Shown: positions 49,401 to 64,000 of the stretch, in pieces
Layout of the letters: each line of letters begins with the position of its first letter
How positions within the stretch are numbered: position 1 is the first letter of the stretch
From: Ophelia neglecta
Taxonomy: Eukaryota
Assembly (NCBI GenBank): GCA_965285935.1
Contig: OZ260662.1
Span: forward strand, 80,910,001 to 80,974,000
Length of the DNA: 64,000 bases
Direction of reading: 5' to 3'
Notes under the pieces: model-generated
Databases searched by the model: none
Told to the model about the DNA's origin: nothing
Seen by the model: only the letters and a program-made list of their open reading frames with translations
Made by a program: the position numbers and the translations under genes

Positions 49401-50773
49401 CTGACCTAGAGCTCCATGAAAGGGTTTTATTTATATTTACAACTAATAATGATCAGATTTTGAAATGGCTGGGCACTGCTATTAGTAATTTGTTTTTAAG
49501 TCGTTCATCACAGTTGTCAATTTGAAACACAGGCGTTTCATTATTGTGCGTTATTTCATTATGCCTCATTTGTATATAATATGTCATTTTGTTCTTTTCA
49601 ATCATTGTAAAGGCTTATCTTTTTATCCATTCTGTATAAATCAGAAATGATTTTAATAAAACGATATACATACATATAACCACAGGTATTTAGCACTGTA
49701 TGCATTTTACCAGATATTGAAACCTATGGAAACCAGGTGACACCTGGTGAGGAGAAATAGTGGAACAGCTGAGCTATATTTTCCTTCAATTTAAACCTAC
49801 AAAAGAAGCTAGGAAAAAAACCAGGCCTGTTCACCTAGCTGTGCACAGGCTTCAGATCAATGTAGGTATTTGCTTTTGAGAGGATACTGAATGCCAATTA
49901 CCTGATGGCTTGGAATTGCAAACAAATGTGTTGTGAAGAAAGAAAGTGCCTGCATGAATGTTTTCCATATATCTTCACCATGTGTTGCCTGTTTAGAGTA
50001 GGTTTTTATGTCTGGGATAACACAGTGCTAAAGGTAGGTTTTTGGTCAGCTACAGTTGGTATCGGTCAGTTTCAGCATTTTAGTATGCTTGAGGGGGACA
50101 AGCTGTGCTGAATTATTAAGCATTACATATTTACCAAATAAAATCCATCGAGGATAGTGGAATCATCTTCTCCTTCTTCCTCAAATGTTACAGGTGGAAT
50201 GATATTGGTGCCTTCCTTTTCAGCTCGCTTGCGTTCCTCTCTTATTCGATCAAAGGTGCGAGGTTTGGAGCAGAGCACAGCTTTAAATCGCCGCCTCTGC
50301 TCTGCCCTGTGTGCAGTTATCCATGCTCCTCCACCTGATACAGATCCACTTATTATGTAGAGTATTATATTATAATGCTTATATATTACAAGGTTTAAAA
50401 TTAACGAGTTAAAATACAGATAATTTTGTGCACATAATCAGCAGCACGTAATTATGTGTCAGTTATAAAATGATGTCCACGCAGACTTTTCTTTACCCTC
50501 TGCAAGTCAAATAAATATAGGCCTACACATGCATAGTGATGGTATACAACACATGCAAACGCATGTACAAGTGGTACAAGTCATACAAACGATAGATATT
50601 GCTTCATATATTGCCCCAACATAAGACTACATTGATATATAGAATCATAAACGAAAGACAGTGCATTCTGATTTCATACCGTCTTCAAATTGTTTTAATA
50701 AACCTCTCACGGGAAAGCAATTAGACGTGAATCCACCAGAACCATCATCGAATTTGATCCCGGTGGCCTCCAT
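28494..50773 (-). CDS. XRRA1: X-ray radiation resistance-associated protein 1 (LRR protein), 15 exons, ~815 aa
   Basis: Hand-spliced GT-AG exons with consistent phases: 50773-50680, 50334-50135, 39663-39519, 39047-38950, 38448-38303, 37946-37848, 37546-37104, 36735-36539, 35993-35842, 35466-35406, 35233-35027, 34672-34501, 34069-33957, 33399-33229, 28643-28494. The translation MEATGIKFDDG..NCFPVR..KHCCVEDPADLCSI..YVNASENFLP..LDLSYNNL..PPPFPELRYLNLAHN..AAWPLLGELIIHDNPL..SGDPPIL..RLGI matches my recollection of vertebrate XRRA1. Confidence 0.9.
29860..30198 (-). CDS. XRRA1: Candidate alternative terminal coding exon of XRRA1 (112 aa, Ser/Arg-rich)
   Basis: Acceptor TCTCTCACAG| at 30199. Phase 0 matches the donor at 33229. 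The 113 codons are open to TGA (LNGQYDSCSSTCSFSSRS...AAMGQLYGN*). Confidence 0.5.
   Translation of the reverse strand: MNGQYDSCSSTCSFSSRSLLSGIFSEKISSSNSSQYSLVCSTANSARSNSRASSRPRSRNLEKGSPLFRKQANQLSQSCDKKRSAQGSGLKRTNRNDRNNKKLAAMGQLYGN
30939..32574. mobile_element. Non-autonomous DNA element with GC-rich subterminal arrays
   Basis: CAGTC...GACTG ends with a degenerate ~35-bp TIR. Arrays of (GCT)CGAGCA/TGCTAGC-like ~11-mers at ~30965-31140 and ~32315-32555. No clear TSD. Confidence 0.45.
36135..36289. mobile_element. Small Tc1/mariner-type MITE
   Basis: TA-CAGGGAAACCTGT...ACAGGTTTCTCGG-TA, with internal AGACCACC-like repeats. Confidence 0.45.
40755..43640 (+). pseudogene. LINE ORF2 (C-terminal half of APE endonuclease + reverse transcriptase), interrupted
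   Basis: APE motifs GDFNSR, SVIDY, SDHRPI. RT motifs NYRPIT, FVDFSKAFD, GVNQGG, LWADD, YKYLG. The early APE motifs are missing and the track start is a TTG in flanking DNA. The final NY* derives from the inserted element. Confidence 0.9.
43631..43769 (-). repeat. Split direct repeat B2 (3' terminus)
   Basis: 139 bp identical by eye to 44144-44282. Contains AATAAA on the element strand (43708-43713). Confidence 0.95.
43990..44282 (-). repeat. Internal B1-A2 junction repeats
   Basis: A2 (43990-44144) equals A1 except C44061 vs T49136. It is fused directly to B1 (44144-44282) through GCGCCC-TT-AATTATT. Confidence 0.95.
44844..45926 (-). CDS. Tyrosine recombinase (phage-integrase family) of the Ngaro-like element
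   Basis: Catalytic residues are present: FFRKSNL (R), SKT (K), HSLRRGGAT (HxxR), GDWSSDAYLRY (W, Y). Confidence 0.92.
   Translation of the reverse strand: MNGKSVDVETIFFFLIGVCIVSGYTSTCATASDLQKLCNQANQTRALGYATGSARNIKSHWKSYFLFCLYYKQHYLPASEETICLFLEFMSKTCRSFKYLCNMLSSVRLLHKINRCSLDNFDTVLVKLYVNGLRKKMGDFVCQKLPVTPSMLLKFQHSLDLTNSFQLCLWSAILLGFFTFFRKSNLLVANRGTFDPGKTLTRDKILLLEDRLVIEVLWSKTIQYRQRVLIVQVAAMPSSPICPVRIYRKFVQQTPADGSEPAFVFYTSRNKLVPLTQGVFNTALKQLVQHIGLDAGLYATHSLRRGGATLAFKAGVSGELIKVQGDWSSDAYLRYLEMDSSVKLKTTQLMGNHICKNLYC
45916..47817 (-). CDS. Reverse transcriptase-RNase H of the Ngaro-like element
   Basis: RRVVMDLS, KRDLNRAYRQ, LPFGLRSA and NYLDDF, followed by the RNase H motifs ATDAS, LEFIAV, CDN and NILPDLLSR. 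Confidence 0.93.
   Translation of the reverse strand: MGGQKSSTLKVLPAGGPNSNDFGTDIEHSELYETHGNDNLIELCNMGGQKSSSLKFLPSVSPNSMEFGIDIEHSDGNDNPIELCNKIRNSACYNFEGCRIPLNTRLNIPLWRELLFNYEDAQICDYLEFGWPINYIKDTSPVSTLKNHGSANSHRDTVKEYIKQELEFEALAGPFEGDPFLGDLTLSPLQTVEKKGTLSGARRVVMDLSYPQDRSVNAGIPRQQYVGETFDLHLPTIDNFCDLIRQHGRNCLLFKRDLNRAYRQLLVDPHDYNLLGFSFDSHTYFDRALPFGLRSAAMACQRTTTAVKYMFQQQGGSVENYLDDFGGVDRPDKAEASYQALGLLLRQLGLVESTSKAITPSTKMTFVGVLCDSENMTVSVTPERMANIKLELEKWISKKTATKREIQCLVGKLNFMAKCVKPGRLFLSRILNTLGKLERTSHHIRLGAEFKQDIKWWYHYSREFNGVSVIKALDWFPADAIFATDASLMACGGQHGQEFFSFTFPPGIQEMKVGITGLEFIAVVIGAKVWAHACSGQKVTVACDNEAIVSVINSGRSKVRFLQACARELLFVAATNDFEIRAVHIEGRRNILPDLLSRFPLGISYKQKFELATGGKYHMLYVSDDLVEFSHEW
47863..48957 (-). 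CDS. Gag-like ORF1 of the Ngaro-like element
   Basis: First ATG at 48957 (MATRAQ; the frame is open to 49032). Coiled-coil-like stretch, LWPHAF and WEATRHYH motifs, and C-terminal Cys/His clusters (CWHFN..C..C..HACCIC..H..C). First ORF after repeat A1. Confidence 0.82.
   Translation of the reverse strand: MATRAQAAKLKEIFATEPAPESDLLTPRHDTVASELGKGARPKKDKQTVRETKNTRSTDKLVNIIEELEAEKLSLRLEIDRLSSPKGPQKKKSPGGSAGVSPKFSDHATSGPATKVTTTAEGTNIFTLRNDKKLDDIAGALSQGQGQYMFTASDESSQLEDQPTGRTYNNTVRSGYFAKSQQQIRQPTLWPHAFVSETDTHPDTISWELFLLGYVRILLSGDVDHAEFGARLAHLEELIQFNLHHSDWEATRHYHYDWLRCLEVGGAQWQDTEKRNLIALRATQHIGHGDSFKKSSTKTTGKQNKKSVACWHFNFEDTQGGECRFSLNGNICKKLHACCICLEKGLLKIHRAGFDCPNRNNNRA
49065..49219 (-). repeat. 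Split direct repeat A1 (5' terminus)
   Basis: 155 bp, one mismatch to 43990-44144. Confidence 0.95.
49220..49525 (+). pseudogene. Displaced C-terminus of LINE ORF2 (CCHC zinc knuckle)
   Basis: HDLEIEKGRH...ICRLC...EDEVHFLLVCP continues ...SKLRLSS from 43631 in frame. Confidence 0.88.
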
Positions 50774-51071
50774 TTTGAAGCTTTCCTAGGAAACCAAAAC
50801 AACACGGAGATAGCCGAATATTTTATCCTTATAAAGAAATACTTAATTTTATAATAATGTTAGAAATATTAAATAATTTATTCTGATAGCTTCAAAATTA
50901 CTAGAATTGTTACTTAAATCTACAATTTCGAAATAAAGCGTTTTTTTTCGGAATTGCCCGATTTTATGGCCTTGAACTTGTTTAGATCAACTTCCGTTTG
51001 TGTTGAGGTTTGTGAATTTTCGAGGTTCAGATCAGTGAATAATGCAATTTTTGTACAATCTTGTCTTCCTA
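50774..51071. promoter_or_regulatory. Probable bidirectional XRRA1/NKAP promoter with NKAP non-coding first exon
   Basis: X-box-like near-palindrome CTTTCCTAGGAAAC (50781-50794) just upstream of the XRRA1 ATG. ETS-like ACTTCCG at 50990. Strong + strand donor A|GTGAGT at 51072, with a matching acceptor TAATTACAG ending at 54120. Confidence 0.5.
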
Positions 51072-51375
51072 GTGAGTGATATATTGATATGTTCATAAAC
51101 TTATTAAGGGTTTGCTTTTAATGTAAGAAATGAAACAAGCATAACGCGTAAACGAAAAACTTTGACTGTCGCCTACTTGTTCATTCAAAAATAATCATCA
51201 TCATGGTCATGTAAACTGGTAAAAGGTGGATATCTGCACTACTAATCAACGTTGACAGGACGTTTCTGGGCAGCCATTGTGTAAATGGCGAAGGCTATTG
51301 TGAAAAGTGCACTGCTAGGAAAATAATTAAGATAGAAATAATTTCATTATCCAACCATCACCTAGTCATCCTAAT

Positions 51376-53758
51376 GGGATCAGGACGTTCCATCCCCAAA
51401 CCAGTCCGTCCCCAAACCAGTCCGGCCCCTTGTCCATCCGGCCCCACCACCTTAGTCGATCCGGCCCCACTACCTTAGCCAGTTCGGCCCCTGCAGCGTC
51501 TACCAGACCATGGGTCCTCTTGGTATTCAGTCGATTCGCCCCAATTACCAGAGCTCCCTGCCTCTGATATATAGTTACAGAAACAAGGAACAAGATTAAA
51601 TTAATATATTATATAATATATCTTTTAATTAAGTGTCAAAGTGACATGTATTACATTTTACGGAGGGTCACAGGGTTACCTTTTTGAGGCTAGTTTTGCT
51701 TAGTAATTTAAACAAATCACAAATATTTAAATGGACTACTAAAAAAGAGTTTAATCTTCAAATCTTGAAAAAAATGTAAACGGAACAAGAAAATATAGAT
51801 TTCAATGTTTATTTACTTGGACATTAAACACTTATGCGTGACACTACTTGACGCAAACATTAAGGTGTGAAACTACAAAGGAAGAGTGTTGCCTTTAATC
51901 TGGCCTTTAGCTGTTTGTTAATTGCTGATGAGGATTATCTTTTAAGGGATAAACAGGGGTAGAAATTAGTAGAAATGTATCACTGGCCCTGTGGGCAAGT
52001 TCAGTTTTTATGTTACTTGCCCAACTTCAAATCTATTTGACCAAGGGCAAGTTACATAAAAATTGAACTTGCCCTAAAGAAGAAAAAGGTTGCCGCAAAT
52101 GCTACATAGTTGTAAATAATGGCGAAAAAATGAGAATTGAATTGTAACACCCACCTAGATCATTAATGAAGCAGGCAATGCCATTTGATACAAAATAAAC
52201 ATTAAACATATTCATAGCTTTGATACTTCATTTATTTTCATGAGAATCCACCCCACAGAATCATGAAAACTTTTGCTGGGCACTTAGAAACAATTTGTAT
52301 GCCTTTTTTCCCTTCACTGACACTATCCTCTGAGTAAGAGTCCTCATCAATGTCACTGTCATGTTTTTGATCTGCCTTCACAGCATCCCCATCAAGATTC
52401 CCTAGTTCCATACCTTCCCCATCCTCCACCTCCCCTGCCATCTCTTCGTCACCCCCAGCAATGTTTCACTGTGTGTGTTCTATCCTAGCAATTTTTCTGC
52501 GCGAAAGATTTGACCCACATTGCTTTTGCATAAACGCAGCCGCTAGAGGGGAGGATACAAGCATACACTACTCGCGGTAATTTGCTCTGGGCTCCACTGC
52601 ATACACTGCGTTTCGCGAGTAGTGCACACTATCTGCTGTAAGGACGAATGAGTTACAACGATTTCGACTTTTTTTACTGTGAACCAAAATGGGAGCGATG
52701 AGCGGTCAGAACTGACAACAAGCCCGAATTTTGATGAAAAAGTGCATATTTTTGCTTCATTTGCCCGGCGGGCAAGTAGAGCTAATATAGAGCTAGCCCG
52801 AGAGGAAAACCGTTTGCCCCGGGCAATCGGGAAAGCGGTAATTTCGGTCCCTGGATAAACTTAATCCAGTACAGAGGTGTGACAACACAAATACATGTGT
52901 TGCCTTGATCTCATTTCACAAATCCATAAGTGTGAAAATGGAAAATCACTATCCCATGTGGATTTAAATGCTCTTTTGAATTTTATTTGTTTGATGTTCT
53001 TCAATCTCAACTGAATGAATTGTTATTAATAATGTTAAAATACAAATGCTACATGAATGTAAATATTTCAATACACAAATTTATATACACTGTGAATACT
53101 TGACAGGTGGCTAGTTTTTGTGTTGTGTGGCTGATATAACAACAAACAACAGACTTTTATTTTTATATTTCACTATAGTTTATTCATTACAAGAGAATAC
53201 ATGAATGATTATTGCCAACTCAGCTGTAGAATTTTAGTTCAATCTCTGCTTGTCTTGGAAGCAATCAAAATAATTCTGTCCCCCATAAAACTCACACACC
53301 TGAAACAATATGACAAAAACAAATACAGAGTGACAAATACATAGTGAACTATTTCTTTGTTTTGATTATTTTCATTTTTTTTATCATTCCCCCCTCCCAA
53401 ATAAAAGTTGTTTTTTTTAGATGCAATTTATCAGATTCAGTCGAAACGATGGTCGAATTTTACTGGTCCCAAACGATTCCGCGGTATTCAACCTTGACCT
53501 TCAATAACTGCTAACTGAGGAATACGGATCCGAGGGGACAAGTTCGTGTTATTTGCATATTGTGTAGTAGACGATCGTCAGGTATAACAGCAATTTAAGT
53601 AGAATATTTAATATATAGTAATATACACTATACACTGAAGTGTTAGTGGGCTGATCGTGGGGCCGGATGAACTAAGGGAGTGGGGACGAATCAACCAAGG
53701 TAGTGGGGACGGACCGACTAGGGGCCGAAGTGGTTTGGGGACGGAACATCTAGAAATC
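51376..53758. mobile_element. MULE-like non-autonomous DNA transposon
   Basis: Inverted ends (GACGTTCCATCCCCAAACCA / TGGTTTGGGGACGGAACATC) with arrays of TCCGGCCCC / GGGGCCGGA subterminal repeats. 8-bp near-TSD ATCCTAAT/ATCCTAAC. Confidence 0.7.
51954..52853. mobile_element. Nested hAT-like non-autonomous element
   Basis: TIRs CAGGGGTAGAAATTA / TAATTTCGGTCCCTG with subterminal GGGCAA/TTGCCC repeats. TSD is GATAAA (6 bp), or GGATAAAC (8 bp) if the ends are one base shorter. Confidence 0.75.
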
Positions 53759-54250
53759 ATCCTAACATGGTAGGCATAACCTACTTGGGTAGGACTTAAA
53801 TGGCAACCAGAGAATACACTATGACATTTGCCGGATTGAGGAGGACTCATTATTGTATTATATTATTATTATCGGTATATTATACAGACGCAGATGAAGA
53901 TTGAACCAAACACAAATGTGACGTATATCCATTATTTTTTACCTTATTTATGTTCATATATAGGTTTTGGAGAAGAAGCCCCACCTTAAAATGTGCTTAT
54001 ATCATGTAAATAACCACAATATTAAAGAGTGAACATGTTGAAGATTTCTGTTCCCTTAGTAACACTACCCCAGTTTCAAACCGTATATATAGAATATATA
54101 TTTTTTTTTTGTAATTACAGGTATATATTCCAGTGACGAAAGTTTCCAAGGAATATTCTATGAGAAACTTCCCTTCAAGGACTTAAAGTTTTTCTGTCTG
54201 TGTTAGGCAGTAAAAGCAGCAATAAAAAACTGCTTCTAGACATTTTAAAG

Positions 54251-61378
<7,128 letters not shown>

Positions 61379-63489
61379 CGCAAATAAAAATAAATATACC
61401 ATGGGCTATTTCTTTTTCATATATATGTATGTGCTCGCTGCATTTTGTACTCAAATTTTTAATGTACCAGCCCTTAAAACTTTCATATGGGAATAGACAC
61501 AAGACTGGACTGAATTATAGCCCCTTTGAAAATTGCTGATATATGAGGAGTCATTGTTATGGGTAATAATGACTACTAGTATTCATATTGTATTTTATGC
61601 AAACTTAATTTTTGTTGTTGCAATACTTTTGTAAAGTCTGGTCTACCTTCAATAATATTATTTTGTATATACCGTATTTACTGGACGAGTGCATATAGTT
61701 TGTAAATATATATCTATATTCTAACAATAAATAAAACCCATTCTGGAATGCTAGGTGTACAGCATATTCGAAATGTTTGTTTTGATTTTAAATTGCAAAG
61801 TTACCAATTCTTTGAATCATACTATCAAGACGTAATTAAACTTTATTCACAATTATAATTACTCATCTGCTGTGCTGACACCAACTCAAGCCAAATTAAA
61901 AAAAATTACAAGATAAAAACAATCTACCCATAGAAGGGGAGGAAAGATCTACTATAGTCCAGCTTATTTTCCAAGGAGAACGAATATGGTTATAGTTAAA
62001 TTCTAGAATTCCTGCGGCCGTTCAAGACACGGTATGCTTGGCAGACTGAGACTTGGGATAAAACAACCAGGGTTCTTTGTTTAGTATTAATCATTCAGAA
62101 ACCCATTTATTTCCAATTTTCTTAATTAAATTGAGACACAATCTGCTGGAGGGTGGCAGATTCTAAATCAGCTTGATTTTTTTCTGCATGGGCAATTCTT
62201 TAATTATTTTAATAATTTGTTGTTCATAACATTGGCTTACTTATAACTTTGAACATGACATAAATGGCCAATGTATCTCCATATGATGAAGGCATCTTCT
62301 TGATATATATAATATTCTTTATGGTCACAAATGCCGTGACCTGTCTACTTTTTGTACATCAACTACACTCTGGATGGAACAAAATTGGCCCCAGGAACTG
62401 ACCCAAATACCAACAATGACAATGGCAATGAAAAGTATTTTATTGAGCCCAAACATATGGTCATATATTTACGATATGTACAGATCAAATTTATAATAAC
62501 AATTTGGAGATAATTTAAGCATTATAATTAAAATGCGTATATTGACTCGGTCTAGGTAAATCGCACACATTTAATTATTGTCTGGTGGTAGTGAATCAGT
62601 TTTTGTTGAGTTTTGTTTCTCGTGTTAAAATCAACGTAAAGAAAATACGATTCATATAGTGTATATATATATGTACCGCAGAGCGATCTGAACAGATAAA
62701 AAGTAGATTACCGGGTATTGTAAATAACATCAATTATACCGAGACGCTGCCTCAGGCGGTGGCCTTATTAAATGACGGGAGCAGATTTACTGCTTGTCCA
62801 AAATGAGGTTACAATATAATACCGCATATAGAAACAGAATTTAAGTGCCTGCCATAGGAATTATAAAATCCTGCAAAAAAATCGCATATACGCACTCTTT
62901 GTAAAGCAATTTAACGGTTACCCATTGCGGCATTATTAAATAGCCTTAAAACGTGATATCAACATTTACTAACATTTTAAATTTACACTTACGAATAAGA
63001 CGTTTGTCAAACCTCTAAAATTGGGTAAAATTGCGGTTTGTCTTACACGTCCTACACATATTCTCCTTCGGCCTTCTGTCTGTCTCAGGCTGTATGTAAT
63101 TCCATCTTATGTGAAGTCAACGCCACATTTCCCTATTTAGTCTTTCATCACTACGTCTATTGATCAATTTTTCCAACCTATTAACCAACCCTGTCCACAC
63201 GATACTACATGCCGATTATCAATAATTATGCATGGCCCGATCGAGCCTTAATAAATTATTGGTATCGTTTTTTTATTGTTGTGACTGATAGAGCTTCACA
63301 AGTTATGGAATTTTGTCTCTCATAACTATATGGAAGCAAATTACGTATAAGTTGACTGATAACTGTATTGTTTCTTTTCAATCTGATTCCTAATTACGTA
63401 CTGCACCAGGAAAACGGGTGGGCCTATCCGTCCGGGCCTACAGTAAACAAAAGTTTGGTTTTGTGTCATATAATAGCTAAATACTGTAA

Positions 63490-63830
63490 AGCGATTGTAA
63501 GCGTTGTTTACCGGCCGCCAAACACTGATACAGCAGTGTTTAGAGATCATAGGCCTATTTATATCATATTGCAAGGTGAAAGAAGCGAAAAAGGCAAATG
63601 TTATATTCTGGATGACTTTAATATCAACCTATTGAATCATAACTCTCACAGTGATACAAAAGTTTATGTAGATAGCATGTTTGCGAGTTCTTTTGTATCT
63701 CTGATATATGGACCAACTAACCTTCGGCTACCATGATTGATAAAATATACACTGATAATATTGCTGGAGATCCAAAACAAACTGTTGGCATATTGTATAC
63801 AGATATTTCGGACCACCTCCCGATACTTCT
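63490..63830 (+). pseudogene. Decayed CR1/L2-group LINE APE endonuclease fragment
   Basis: VVYRPPNT and YILDDFNINLL, then after a frameshift ATMIDKIYT and ISDHLP. No RT follows within the window. Confidence 0.75.
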
Positions 63831-64000
63831 GTTATACTGGTGTTGATACGGAGTGTTTTATCCAGCTTCAACAATATACAGAGAAAAAAAAAGTTTCATT
63901 ATGACCTTTATTTTCCAATATTGACTGTGTCCAGTGTTTGTAGTATGAGCCACAAGGGGCATACAATAAGTCACAGATATTGTATATTCGGCTGCAAATG

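Larger units (their letters stand above)
40820..49678 (+). mobile_element. 5'-truncated APE-RT LINE (RTE-X-like; clade uncertain), split by a YR retrotransposon
   Basis: ORF2 halves at ~40820-43631 and 49220-49525 join in frame. The 3' UTR has AATAAA (49655-60) and a short ATATACATACATATA tail. Antisense within XRRA1 intron 2. The 5' boundary is approximate and no TSD was found. Confidence 0.85.

Overview
AT-rich eukaryotic genomic DNA, most likely a marine invertebrate bilaterian; the taxon cannot be fixed from the sequence. Four host genes are supported. Two are intronless-CDS tetraspan PMP22/claudin-superfamily paralogues (4249-4872 and 24758-25306, +). The others are a 15-exon XRRA1 (50773->28494, -) and a NKAP with 9 coding exons (54251-61378, +), arranged head-to-head across a ~0.2 kb gap. 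XRRA1 intron 2 holds a 5'-truncated APE-RT LINE. The LINE is interrupted precisely by a complete, very young 5.6 kb Ngaro-type tyrosine-recombinase retrotransposon (gag, RT-RNaseH, YR; split direct repeats A1-ORFs-B1A2-spacer-B2), whose gag and pol are in frame across a single UGA-C stop. Non-autonomous DNA elements include a Helentron/HINE-like element carrying a 14-bp copy of its own 5' flank, a 2.8 kb foldback element of palindromic 21/22-mers with a nested Crypton-like insert, a MULE-like element with a nested hAT-like element, and several MITEs. A decayed LINE endonuclease fragment lies at the window end. All gene and family names come from recalled motifs; no database search was run.
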